Part shown: one piece after another, positions 37,349 to 51,600 of the stretch | Position numbering within the stretch: the first letter of the stretch is position 1 | How the letters are laid out: each line of letters begins with the position of its first letter | NCBI GenBank assembly: GCA_051362555.1 | Contig: CM120640.1 | Location: 20,522,001-20,586,000 of the forward strand | Length of the DNA stretch: 64,000 nt | Direction: 5' to 3' | Source: Lingula anatina | Lineage: Eukaryota > Animalia > Brachiopoda | The notes under the pieces: generated by a model | Told to the model about the DNA's origin: nothing | The model's database searches: none | Seen by the model: only the letters and a program-made list of their open reading frames with translations | Made by a program: the position numbers and the translations under genes

Positions 37349-37939
37349 CTTGATGTCATAAAACTTACTGAAGGTATCATCTAGTGACTCGTTGACTTCT
37401 TAATCATCGGTTATTTCTCACCACTCGACACGGCCTGTGCGAACTACTACAGTGCAGCGAAATGAATCTTCTTTTCTAAAAGAGGTCACTATAAAATGAT
37501 CCTACTCGTTTTAGCACTGAAAAATCAAATCTGAAATGTTTTGTCTCGGCTGTAAATTCTAAAAATGGACCTTTTCTTTGATATTATAAGAACTTAATTT
37601 GTTTGAATATATTATGAGTACCAATCAAAGTTGCAATCTGGTTTTAACAAGCACAGTTATTTGGATCATGGAAGCGTAGGCCCTACATGTAGACTATGTA
37701 GGCCTATACTAGCACTGTAGTAGTAGGCTACTAGTAGTACCTAAATAAGTGTAGGCCTTCATTAACTTCCATTTGCATGAAGAAAATCCGCCTTGAGTTA
37801 ACCAATATTTGATTAATTCAATGTGTAAAGAAAAACAACGCCACTTTTCCCAGTGCTTTACTGATGCTTTGATAAAAAAAAAGCACCATATCATAAAAAC
37901 CCCACAAGCTGGATTGTCCATTGTGTTTATCCGACCTAG

Positions 37940-40577
37940 TAGTCCAGTGGCTTAAGGCAAAAAAATGGCCGAATCGTGACACGGCTGATAAAAGCACCAA
38001 ATTTTACATGTGGTTACCTTTTGATATACTAAATCAAATTAGAGCCGTAGCCCACGGAAAAAAATTACCGTTTGGCCAAAAAATCCAAAATGGCCGCCAA
38101 TTTGTGAAATTCCGTAGAAATATATACATATTTATGTTGATTTTTATCAAATAAAGTATTTTCTCAATGTTTTCCACATCCTTATTACCCATATTATGCA
38201 TATATGTCATAGAACAAACGAGTGTCCTTGGACTTTATGAAAAATCCAAGATGGCCACCGTATGGCATAGGAATACTAGAACATGTACAAGGGTTTTCAA
38301 CTAATGCCAACTAGGAAGATGCATTGCCCACTATCTAATTAATTTTGTTTTTGAGTGCCATATTACAGAAATGATATATTTGTGGTGAGTAACTAACCTT
38401 TATTCTCAGGCATTTCGAGAAAAATCCAAGATGGCCACCATATCAAAGGAACACTACAGTATACACATAGGGCTTCTTCTGCCATGGAGATATAATATTA
38501 ATGGATAAATAAGGCTTGTTTCTGATTATTTTCCACATCCTTTTAAACCACATAATGTATATTTGATGAGAATGTTATATGTATCCTTTTTGAAAACAAA
38601 ACAAAACAAAACAAAATGGCTGCCATTAGCCATAGAAGGTGGGGTTCAGTTAATACCTGCGAGAGATAGGCTTCCAAACAAAATGAAACTAAATTCAGTT
38701 GTTTTTCTTGTATTATTATTATTATCCCATGATACATATCTGTTAAGTAATTAATGTCAATATTTGATCATTTTCGAGAAATCCAAGATGGCCTTCTTTT
38801 CCCCATAGGAAAACTGGTGCATTGGATTTTATAGGCACTTCTAAGGCAAATCAGGGTAATCATGATATTTTGTCAAAATACTTAAGGGTACACACTTGTT
38901 ACCCACCAGATAGATATCTCAAAGTCCAAAAAGAATGTGGGAAATACCGAGAAACAAAATTCATTTTATATTGAACCCAATGTCTCTTTGCCACTAGTTG
39001 ACTGTACTATTCCTATTTTGAATTGCAGCAATCTTGAATTTTCTCAAATACGCAAGATGCACCCTTGCTACACACCAGATTTATGTCAACATGTTTGAAC
39101 ATCAAACGGCTTTATTTCATGTTGGAATCAATGCCTGAACTGTTCCATTAATTGACACCTATGTGCATTTGAATGATATATTCCTATGACAACTGGCAGT
39201 TATCTTGGGTTTTCTCTGAATAGTACTCAAGGATACATAAACTCTCTACACACACACAGAGTCTTTCATAAGGATAAATAGGATATAAAAACGATCTAAA
39301 GTTAACTACATTTAAATTGTACTCAGTGTATCTCTGGCATTATTTGATTATGTGTATGAATATTCTAATGACAAAAGGCAGACATCTTGAATTTTTTTCA
39401 GAATACCCAAAGATACACACATGCTACAGACGAGGTATACATCATGGGGGTAATAATAAATGGAATGAAAAATGTAAATTATTTTTAAAACAAACCCATG
39501 GTAATGTAATTGTATAAAGAACCACATGCCTCTCTAGCAGCAATTGAAACACACCCATTAGTATTCCTATGTCAAATTGTAGTTCTCCGAATATCCATGG
39601 ATGCACACTATTTACCCACCAGATATATATCATAAGACTAATAAGGATGGGCAAAACTTGATAAGCAAACACAATTTCACCCTGGTAGTAGATGAAAAGC
39701 CATGGTTGTGCAGTTGCAATTCCAGTAGTATTCCTATGGCCAATGACGGCCATCTTGGATTTTCTCAAAATGATTAAATATGCACATTTATTACCTGCTA
39801 GATATGCATCACACTGAAAAAATAAACTTAATTTGATAGTGAATTATGTTTTTCCTAGCTGGCATTAGTTCTAACCCTTTGTAATACTAGAAGAATTCCT
39901 ATGACATATGGTGGCCATCTTGGATTTTCTCAAAATGCCCTAGAATACATGTTAGTTACTCACCACATACATATTGTGTGGGTGGAAAGGATGTGGAAAA
40001 CACCCAGAAACAAACTTAATTTGATAGTGGAAAATTAATCTTTCCAGTTACCATTAGTTGAATCCCCCATATACTAGAATTCCTGTGGCACATGGCAGCC
40101 ATCTTGGATTTCCCAAAATGCCCAAGAACACTTTGTAGTTCCTCACAACAAACATACGTGGGTAACAAAATTCTGAGAAACAGACGTAATTTGATAGTGG
40201 ACAACGTATCTTTCAAGCTGGTATTAGTTGTGCACTAGTATTCCTATGGCTGTTTCTATGGCATATGACAGCCATCTTGGATTTTTTCAAAAAGTCCAAG
40301 GGAACTTGTTTGCTATCTGACATATATGAATAAAATGGGTAATTAGGATGTAGAAAACTCTGAGAAAAAAATCTATTTCATAAAAATCAACATGGGTATG
40401 TACATATTTCTATAGAATTCCATAAATTGGCGGCCATTTTGGATTTTTTGGCCAAACGGTAATTTTCTTCCGTGGGCTACGGCTCTAATTTGATTTAGTA
40501 TGTCAAAAGGTACCCACATGCAAAATTTGGTGCTTTTATCCGCCGTGTCACGATTTTTTCCTTAAGCCACCGGACTA
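37940..40577. mobile_element. Non-autonomous DNA transposon with ~330-bp terminal inverted repeats, TAG...CTA termini and 3-bp TSD (Academ-like)
   Basis: Left end tagtccagtggcttaagg...atcgtgacacggctgataaaagcaccaaattt...agagccgtagcccacggaa is the reverse complement of the right end ...ttccgtgggctacggctct...aaatttggtgcttttatccgccgtgtcacgat...ccttaagccaccggacta; TAG flanks both sides (37937-37939, 40578-40580); internal repeats of aaatccaagatggcc in opposite orientation in the two halves; no transposase ORF. The Academ assignment is inferred from termini and TSD only. Confidence 0.88.
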
Positions 40578-42609
40578 TAGGGCTTACATACGATTTATGG
40601 GGTGGTTCGAAGCAAAGTAGGCCTAATTCGTAGCAATATTATTTTATTTCTGCAAGAATTATGATGACATGTAGACTTATAATTGGCCACCTTAGGTTCA
40701 CATATAGAGGATGCGATTGTTTTTGGAAAGATGCCTACCAAACGCAATCGCATCGTTTCTACTACTGCATTTTCTTGTAACTTATTGAGCCATATGACTC
40801 TTTCTGCTCTTTGGATATCTTACGGGGATTCAGAATGGTGTATGATGCTCTTTGAGAGGGGTTAAAGTATCCCTTTGAAAAAAAAACAGCCAAAAATATT
40901 TTTGACGCTAAAGTTTCATGGGAATGAGTCTGAAACAGTTTTGCCCACTAAGGGCCTATTAGCTCAGGAATTAGCGCAGCTTCCGTATTCAAGGCACACT
41001 GTCGGTCTACATATCAAATAGAATTTCGTTTTTTTATAAAACGTTTTTTTTTCTATTTACTTTTTGTATAGACCTATTTTGTTGTAGCAGGACTTGAAAC
41101 GCAAATTGACCATGACCTTCTTTTTGTCTAGTTCGCTGCACTGATATTTACAAAACTTATTGTCGCGATCATCGTTTATTTACTGCAACACGGAGGTAGC
41201 CCTACCTGATTGTACCTGATAAAGTGGAATCGCGTCAAACGCAGTTTTATCTAAACGATCAAATAAGCTTGCTGTAGGTAGCAAGGGAAAAAATAGGCCT
41301 ACACTGCAATGGAACATGTGGTTTATGTTGGGAATCCTTTGTATAGTTACTTCTCGAAAAAAAACCCAACCTTCTCAGGTCCAGGATTGTTTGAAGGGGG
41401 GACCCCCTGACACCCCCCCTATATCCCCACTGACTATTATTTATGTAACCGATTTATCAACTGTGCCATTACATAGTAAGTAAAGAGAAACGTCCAGTTA
41501 GTCAAACGCAGTCAGTATAGCAAAAAAGTAAAAAAATAATTGATAAATATTTTAAAAATAATTTAATTTTTAGTTGCTGTTTATGTGGAGGATGTTTTAA
41601 AGTTAAGATATGACGGACACATACCAGCAGGGCCTATCGAGGAACGTCACTCAAATCATGACATTTGACGTCGGTCTCCCATGCTCATACCAAAGTCGCG
41701 GGGAAAGGGGTACTGGTAGTTTTAGATAACTATTTCTTGGTCAGAAAGCTAGCGTGACCTGACCTAATCAAGGAAGTAGATAAGGATCTGTACTTCTTTG
41801 CATATCCTGATATAAATTGGATTTGAGTAACACATTCGTAGGTAGATGGACATGTTAAAAAGAAACAGACGCCTTATAACCGGATTAGCCAATGTGTCTT
41901 TGGTCACTGCAAAATAAAGAAAAGAGGAGTCTTTTTTAAATTTAAGCAATATTATTCTCCATGAATCGGATTTTGATCTTGTATTTACTTTTGCCGAGAC
42001 AATTTCGTATATTAGTACAATTCCCTTCATATTAATTTGATATATAAAAACTTTTTTATTTTCTATTTATTTATTTTTGCAGTTTACTACCATCATTCGC
42101 CATAATATAAGGCCCTGTGGATATATGGGTAAACTCAAATGATTTTAACATCCAGTTAAGTTTACACGTATGAAAGATGGCATATGTCAATCTCATAAAT
42201 ACCAAAATTCTCATTCATCCGAAGGAAAACGCACTTCCTTTCAGATATTACATTTGTACACCGGCTTAATATTCGTATTCGTACCTTATATCCTCTTAAA
42301 AAAAAAGGCATTGTCTTCTTAAGTTCGGGCTCCTAGCCTTCCAGTAGAAAGGCAGGCCTACGTTTTAATGTGAAAAAAGTAAGGAAAGTTTGCATTTTCT
42401 TAAGACTAAAAGAGTTAATTCGAGACAAATGTTCGATCCCTTTAACGGTACATGTACCTTTGGTTACATGAGTTTGAGTAATGATACACCATTCCGATTT
42501 ACCGCGGGTGGATAGCCTTGTCTTTATTGACCTATTTATAGTGCGAGCGGTTGCAGGTACCATTCGATTGCATACTGCATGCTTTTCAGCTGAGGGAAGT
42601 GCTACCAAC

Positions 42610-45600
42610 ATGAAGATCCTGGAGGCGTGCTTTTTAGTTATTGTCATTACTGGTAAGCATAAAAAAGAAACTGTAGTATGAAAGATACCCCGTTTACGGG
42701 CCGTGCTACGGTACTGACATTAGGTCTGGTCGGGCAAATCGATTAGTTGTTTACGGGCTGGGTGTTATTTACCAATGTCAAAGGAAATGCGGCTACGCCT
42801 CCTAAGCTTTAGGCCGCCTCGGCATAGATCAACAAGGATAGCCCTACGCACATGTGTAAACTCACCTCTTTTGCAGTTAACATGAACTAAAGTAATGAAA
42901 TATTAAGTACCGTCAACCTCTGCATTTGTGTCTGTATGCTTTCTGTATGCTTTCGCAGTGAAATGCACGCGCGCACGCACACACAATTGAGTGTATTCAA
43001 AAAGACTGGAATGTAGGCCTACATGTATAATCTGGAATCAGATCTGTAGGCCTATGTAGGACCTGTAAAGCAAGCCCTTGATCAAACACAGGAAGGCGCT
43101 TTTGAAATAAGCGTTGGTTTAGATCATGGGGGAGGGGCAGCTGGCAGTGGTTAGATATTTCAAACAGTGTAATGTAGAAGGCGAATTGATGATAATGTGT
43201 TTCCAGTTGTTGGATGTCGATGATCAGTTTTTAAAGATAATCTAAGGAAAATATGATCCGTAGCCTATTGACACTATGTTGAGGAAAACACTAAAAGTCA
43301 TGTACAGGTCTTACAGGTGTTGATTTACGCTTATCCAAAATTATTGTAAATGCATTTAATGAGGCGGCCTTTGATAACCTCAAAAGGTGCTGCATGTGAC
43401 AGTTTTCTGCTGTGTGGTAACAACAAAATGCACTGGCAGGTCTTGGATTCAATTTTAGGGTGGACTTGTAATTATTATAATTATAATTTTATTTATTTAT
43501 TTATTTATTTATTTATATTGTTCTTTATATTAATCGTTCTTGGTGACATAAAACACCAACAGAAGATAATAATAACATGTAGTAACAACTTGACAGGGGG
43601 GTTTCAAACGTGTAGAGTCATTAAAGGAGATTTTTATTTTAGTACAAACTTTAAATTAGGCTTTTTATTTTGTTGTCAGGATGAAATTAATAGTTCACAG
43701 CTGGTGGTATGGGGTTCATCCAGTTTTGTGTCCATTGATTCATCAGATTTGAAATTTGAACATTTCCCACCTTAAAATTAAGTGCAAGTTAACCCCTTTA
43801 AAAATTTTGAATAATAATATTTTGGCAAATGGATGGCCCTGTTTGACACCAATGTATACACTAGTAAGGCACAAAAAATCTGGAAAAGCAATCACCAAAT
43901 ATAAAGGAATATAAGTAAACTTGAGACTACCACAAAAGACCACACAATTATTTTCAACTTTCAGTCACAAGAATGCTTATGCATAATACTTTTGTTTTCT
44001 GTTAGGACTTAAAAAATGGCCATGACAGATAGTTTTGGTTAACCAAAACCATTTTCATATTAAAAACACCAATTTCGACAGGCAGTATGAGAAAGAAAAA
44101 TAATACTAACAATTGATTAGTTAACATCATCAACTCAGAGTTACTGAACTAAATGCCTCTGCAGTAAGCACCTCTTTAGCATACCCATTTATATTATGTC
44201 ATTGGACAAGAGTTGCACACTCCTTTTGGATAAATTATTCCAAAATTTGTCAACTCTCTTGAGCTCAAAATGATCATCAGAGATTATACACATACATTTT
44301 ATCAACAATGTATTTCCATGGAATGTGTTGGAATTACATCTTGGTTTTATGCATATCTCATCAGAATATAAGAATAAGTACAACTAAAACAACCCACATT
44401 TCTTTAGTGAGCATTGCAGAGAAAATAACATCAAAAACATTATTTCCAGCTGTGCCTTCATTTTTGTTGTTGAGGCTATATATAACCCAGAAAAATACTT
44501 TTGATAAAATAAATTAAGATTTTCATTTTTTAAGCAAGTGTGTTTTTGTAAAGACTTATTTCTCATAATCACTAAATTAACATATCCTGACACATAAAAG
44601 GTCAGCTTTTATAGTAATATGCATATATTTTGCATCATATGCATATGTCCAGAAAACAGATCATTTACCATTTTTCAAAAAAAAAAAAAAAAAAAAAAAG
44701 GTGATGTACATTACATTGTCCTGTCACCTTTGACCATAGTCCAGCCCTTGTGACATGTGATAGACTACATGGCTACATGACCAGCACAGATTGCCACTGT
44801 TTTGAACAACTGCAATTAACAGCGAGCTCGCAGAATTCATGCAAGATTAATACATCCAGCATTGCTTTTACCTATCACCCACTGCTTTATGATAGGGTTT
44901 AGTGATTTTTCTTAATTACAGTGTCATGTGATGAATAAATGAAATGCCACCTCTGACCACCAGCCTCTTGGTTTATCATCCAGCATAAAAGAGAGGTGAA
45001 TGTAAAGATATATAAAAAAGAATCCCAGATTTTAAAGTTTGTTTTAGATATGATATCATGCATATGAAAGGGCAAGGAGGCACACGTGTGGCATAGGGCA
45101 TGTCACAGTCAATACAACTGCCTTTAAGAAGCCAACAAGCTGTTACTTGTAACATCTGAAAAGGATGTACAGAGCCCACCCTACCTATAAAACTGCAACC
45201 ATCTATTGATCCTACCATCATAAAGGAAGGAAGATGTTCTTGAATGACAATTGTTATTGTTAGATCTGAAAAAATGTTCCTGGATTATGGGATTATCTGT
45301 AAAAAGGAGCACCTTTTGGGGACTTACATTCTGAGACAGAGAAACAGTGAATATTTAGTAAGTGGAATGTGTGATTCTGTCATAGTTTTAATTTCTCAGA
45401 GATCAGGGGCGGATTTAGGCCGTCTTCTGGGTCTTCCGGAAGACGGTCAGATTTTCAAGTTTACATTGACGGGTATCTAATTTTTTTTGTCGGAAGACGG
45501 TCAAAAATGGAGGGTGGATTTATGAAAATAATTTGGAAGCCTGTGAGAAAATATCTCTGGATCCGCCCCTGTAGATAACTATATTTCTTGTATTACTGTC

Positions 45601-48600
45601 AATTTCATTTACTGCAAAATATAATTCTGTTGTATATGTAGCTTCTTGGGCATTTATTGGATGTAATATTTTATTGGTTTGTATTGTGGGCTCTGTTTTA
45701 ACTCAGTAAACCTATTTTTTTAGTCCCAGTTACTTTATAGCCTTTAGTGAATCTATAATTCCACTAACCCAGAAGAGATAAAGCAAAGAGAAAAACTAAA
45801 AGAACCAGCTAAACTGACAAAAAACACTGACTATTTTGACATGTTTTTTTATGGGAATCCAGCCAGACAACTCTCAGTAGGAACAAAAGAAACCAATACT
45901 TCTCTGTTTTTAGTCAAAGCATGCACTGTAGATGTCTTATTCTTTTAATTAAAGTGATGATGCAAGGGCTTCTTAAACACAAACAGTTGAGGTTGGTTAA
46001 GTTAGTATTGTGTGTTTAACCTCACTGCAGGGCCACATGGTTTGGTCTCTATAAAATGTGTGCTTTCAAAAAATGAATATTCAGTCTTGGAACTGTGGAG
46101 AGGAAATATCAGTATTGTAGTGTAGATTATCATTTTTACTGAAAAAGGGGTGAGTATATGGTGTAAAGGTACTAGCATATTTAGCATGTATCATATAGCT
46201 TGATTTCAAAAGATGGCCTGAACTGTGCTAAAATATCCCAGGTTGTGAAATTGGCTCACAATTTTTGCATTTTTGAAGGAATGCATATTTTTATTTATTT
46301 TTTGCTGAAGTTTTTTTTTCTAAAACCTCCATTTACATGTATCAATATTTAGGTTTATGTAGGTATAAATAACAGATTTTTTGTTTTTTTTAGCAGCTAC
46401 TGTAAACAGCAGTCCTATAGCAGATCATGACTTGTCAAATGAGAAAAGTGTTCACCGCAATCACCATCGAACACGACGGGCGACAGAAAATGAATACAGA
46501 CGGATGTCTCCATCAGACAGACCAAAATGCAAATCAGGCTCAACTGTAAGTTAAGTTTCAACCAAGAAATTTGTCATTTTAACATCATAATTATGTTCTC
46601 AAATGATGTGTATTCCAATGATATATCAGTTCCTGGCCTGGCCCAGTTTTTAGTGATTATTTAAAATCCATTGTGTGATAGAAATTAACTTGGCGTAGTG
46701 AAAAAGAAATAACAATAAAAGAAATGCAATTACGTGTACCTCTGTTTCAGATAATTTCGTTACAGAGTCGAGGTAGATTGCATTAAAAGGGTCAAAGTGT
46801 GGCAATATAATTTGTGTTGAACAGAAAAGACAGTGGTTGATAGGAAGATAACATAACTTAAGAAGTTTGATCAAGATAAGTTATCTTATTGCAAATACCT
46901 CTGTCCGTCATGTAACTGGGCAAAGAATTACAGACCATAAAAACATCTTATTTGTATGTGTAGGGGTAATGTGCTTGTAGGCAGGGGTGGGGTTACATTT
47001 CATGTTTGGTTGTGACATTTTCATTTCATAAGTATTAATTTAGCTATATGTAATAAGTTGAACTGATTCAACTATACTGTAAAGAGGCATTTTTAGTGTT
47101 TTTATACACTATTAGTTTAATCTTGGTTGAACCCAGGCCAGTTTCAATCAGTCAAAATTAAGCCACCTGACACAAGAACAGAACAATTAACAAGTAATTA
47201 AGCACTTTTAACCAAAGAGGTATGAATTAGTTAACTCTATTCCCATAAACATACATTTAGTCCTTGGTTGTAAAAATCATATAATCTGATTAAGTTGAAG
47301 AGTTTAGATCATTATAATTATATTGTTTATTTTAAAAAGTTGCTGCTTCATCTTGATTTTTTTTTGTCATTTGGCTTTTACATGATGTTTGTGAAGAACA
47401 GAAATACCCCCAAAGTTAATTTTTTACTTCATTTTACTTAAGCTTAGTTAATAATTTATGCAGCTCGTGTATTGTGTTCTGGCACTTGTAGAATTTTATG
47501 GCAGTGACTAGTAATTTTATCACTTAATATGCTTATTATATAACATGCCTTTAGACATGTACGCATAGCTTTAAAAATGACACACACACACACACACAAA
47601 AATTAAATATACTTCATTTTGCATTTAAATGTTAGTTTGCTCAGGGGTTGAACACTGTATGAGTACTTGATTAATTCATCCAAGTTTTTAAAATCATTTC
47701 TCAAAATATACATCAATGCAATTTCATCATCATTATAAAATTCCTGAAAAACTGACCATGAATTCAGTCAATCACATATATATATATATTTAAAAATAAA
47801 CTTCATTAAAACATATAGAGATGGGTAATAATATGATTTATTTAGATCCTCTTAGTTTGGTAGCACTGGCTTGTAGCCTGGATTGATCTCATGCTGAGCA
47901 CCAACATTCCAGAGTCTACTACATTGGTACCACTGGAATTCCACACCGTATATATAATGTTGATCCTTGCATCCTCTTTTGACCTTTTTCTCTCATTCCT
48001 GGAGGTAAAAAACAAAAACAGTGCTAAAAAAGGTGATAGGTAAAACAACCATCTGCAGATTTACCCCAATTATATTTGCTCCCTGCTGAACATACACAAA
48101 CAAGCCCCACTTGACCCTAATTGAATAGATAAAATGCAGTGACGTTGACGCCCATTGTTTTTGTGAAATGTCTTGAGGGGTCGCATGCTTTGTATGGTAA
48201 TGAAGCGGCATTTGTAAAGTTAATTTAGATTTTTTTTTGTGTCTGTATATCTAGTTGTATATTTTGACTGACAAGCTGAAGTAAAGTCTGTATTTCTTGA
48301 AGCATTGCATGGCCATCATCATCAGACAGTGGGAATCATAGCCCAAAAACTGGTTTAAAATGAAGTCAGGTTTTGTGGGATTTGGAAGAGAGCTAGTTCA
48401 GAAATACTTTTTATACATTATCTATATTTATTTTATATAAAAATATCACCTGAGAAAAAAGTTTTTTTTCACATAAATGTTAGTTGGACAAAAAAGGTAA
48501 TTTTTCTTTTTCTAATTTTCACAAGTCATACATGTATGGGAAGTTCTTCAGAAGGATAGCCCCTCCCTATCACATTTTCTCAGTAAGACATTTTTACCAC

Positions 48601-51600
48601 TCCCCCCCCCCACAAAAAAAAGGAAAAAAAACTTTTATTGTATAGAAAAGTTGTTAAAAGAGGTGCAAAAACTGCAATTCAGGCACATTAAATATTAAGC
48701 AACAATTTATCTATCCTGTACAATCACATAACTTACCCACTGTTATTCTAGATATGAGGACATGAATCTTTACACATAAAACAAAGAAAAAAAGTGACTA
48801 TCCTGTTCAGACAGGCACTGAATGTGTATCTTGCAGTTTTTTGGTCAGCTTGTAAAGTTCACTGGCAGGTCAGTTATGTACCAGGACATTCTATATAAAC
48901 CAATCTGTTTTCTTCTGCCTGCATAATATTCCTAACATTCTAAAAAATATCGTTTTTCTTCTTTTTTTCTTCTCACACTCCATTGAGTCTTTTAATGTGA
49001 TGTACATGCATGGTATTTCTTATTTGCCATTTTAGAAAAATAAGAAAGGTTTGTATAAGTATCTCAAACACAAATGGATATCTTTTTCAGATGCCACGGC
49101 CACCCAATGAAGTAAATACCACATCTCGTCTTCAGAAATTGCGGGCTTTGTTTCCAGCCTATGATGGAATTAAAGCTTACTACATTCCAACAGAGGATGC
49201 ACATCAGGTAAGTAAAGTGAACTCATACAGACACTCTTATCATTCAGACAATGTTGGTAATGGAATATGGGGGGATTTTAGCACTGTTGGACCCAGGGGT
49301 GGTGAACACAGAGGCCACATGACCTTCCCTTTATTAACTTAAGTGAAAGAAAAAAAAAACACACACACATGTAAAATTTTTTATAACAAGTCAAACCAAG
49401 CAATGTTTTCCATCCCACTACTCTATAGGAAAAACTCATATACCCCTTTATATAATACAGAAAAATGCTTGTCTGCAGCTTTATATTAACCAAGCTATAT
49501 GTGTATGCCTGTCAATTTTTTTGGTCCTTGTCAAGTTTGCCTAGGATTTATTCTACTGATAAAGCTGGCCCAACAGAGACCACAGTGACCTTTGGCTACT
49601 ATCTCAGAGTTTCAGGGGACACCCTTCTACTATCAACATGCCTATGTTGTTTAGATGGTTTTCAGTGTCCTCTGATACTCAGGATGCTGGTTACGGACCT
49701 CTATGGAGGAAGATGCATGATGTAATATGTGAATTTTCATCAGCACACATCTTCTATGTTAAATATGAAGCACTTGGTTTTCCATACAACTCCCAAATCA
49801 CTGTATTAGCACATTTGATAATTGGCTTCATCTGGTGAAGTCTGTGTTCTTCCCAAAAAATATAAACATTAATTTTTTTTTCAGAGTGAATATGTCGCTG
49901 CTCACGATGAACGGAGAGTTTATATTTCTGGTTTCTCAGGATCTGCAGGTAGTTTAAAATTTATATAGTTTTGAAAACACCATCATATTGGAAGTAAATA
50001 GATACCAGCATATATAATATGGAGTGTATTCTCTTTTCATGTGATATATTTTACTAGAACAAAAAAGTACTGTATGACATCAACAAGGGATTGACAATAT
50101 TCTGAAAAAGATATTTTCCCAAAAGATTAACTGTAAGTACATTTGTTAAAATTGCTGCTTTTGATCTGTCTGGCAAGTCATTTAATCAAATTGTCAGGTA
50201 AGGCATTTGATCAAATATTCAAGGAAGCAATTAAAATCAAGAAATTCCAGTTTTAGAATTGATCATCAGAGACCACATATTTAGTTACATACATGTGTAC
50301 ATGTGTAACAATTTTTGTCAATATTAATTGTTTGAATTGTGGCATGGCAAATATGCACATTTTTTATATAAATTAAAATTAAAGTTTTTATTCAAATAAT
50401 TCTTTTAAGAGCTTTGTGGTGTCAATATGATTTTCTTACTTTACCAGGCACAGCAGTTGTCACAGAAGACAAGGCAGCATTGTGGACAGATGGAAGATAT
50501 TTCTTGCAGGCTGAAGCCGAGCTTGACTGCAACTGGATCCTTATGAAACAAGGTATAATTGTATCCTTCTCCAAGACCTGAAGTTGTTCCTTGACCAGTA
50601 TTACAAAATGATTTATTGATCTACTGTACATTTACATTTGTTTTACTGTATTTTGCATGAAGTATGAAGCGTAGGCAAATATTAAGAGGTCTACAAATTA
50701 TAATTATCATTGTTAAAAGAACAAAGTCGTCATACATAGTAAGGACACATGTAGGTGACAATGCCAATGGTGAATTCCTGATTTTACATAAGTTATGTAA
50801 GTAGAAGTTGTTACTCACCATCCCCAACCCATTAAAATTGGCCTCCTAATTTTAAACAACTGAAACTCATTTTGAAATCTCAAAGCAAGTCCCAGACCCA
50901 TAGGAAAGGGGGGGGGGAGGAGGGTGTATATGAATAAATGATCAGTGATTAAAGACAGATTAACATCAAGCACTAGACAGAATATAATTTAATGACCTAA
51001 ATTACAGTAATAATGAATATGAAGGTATCGCTTTTAAAATCTGAATCCTATGGATAAATGTGTTTGCTGTTATAGTTGATGTATGTGTGCTGGAAAGGCT
51101 GCAGTCACGTTGCATATGTAAATTTGTATGTTCATCTGCAAGGTGAAGTGCTGTCCTTCGTGCGCACTGTGAACTGCTGCACAGGTCAGTGCACGTACAA
51201 AACATGATGCTCCTTAAAAAAAGGTGGAAGACATATATAAATGCAGCTGTAGGTAACATTTATGTATAGAGAAGTATAAGACATAACGAGAAATTTGACT
51301 TTGTTAAAAATTGACAGATGAAATGTTGGAACAGTCTGTCAAAGTTTGATTACCCAGAGGGGTCTGCTAAAACTTCCACAAAATAATACCAGTTATTTTT
51401 TATTGAAAAATAACAGGGAACAGTAAAACACTATCATAATTTTTTGAATGAGGCTTTTATTATATAATGGTTATTTTAAATGTTCATCCAAAATTGTATA
51501 TGATTACTTTATTGAATGGCGCATGTTTTGTGTCTACCATTTTTTTTTTTGGTGAAAATATAATTTGATTAAATCCCTGCAGTGTGACATTGTAACAACT

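Noticed and set aside
38543-40216. Transposase ORFs inside the TIR element
   Set aside because: Only short ORFs derived from the subterminal repeats; no DDE or other domain.
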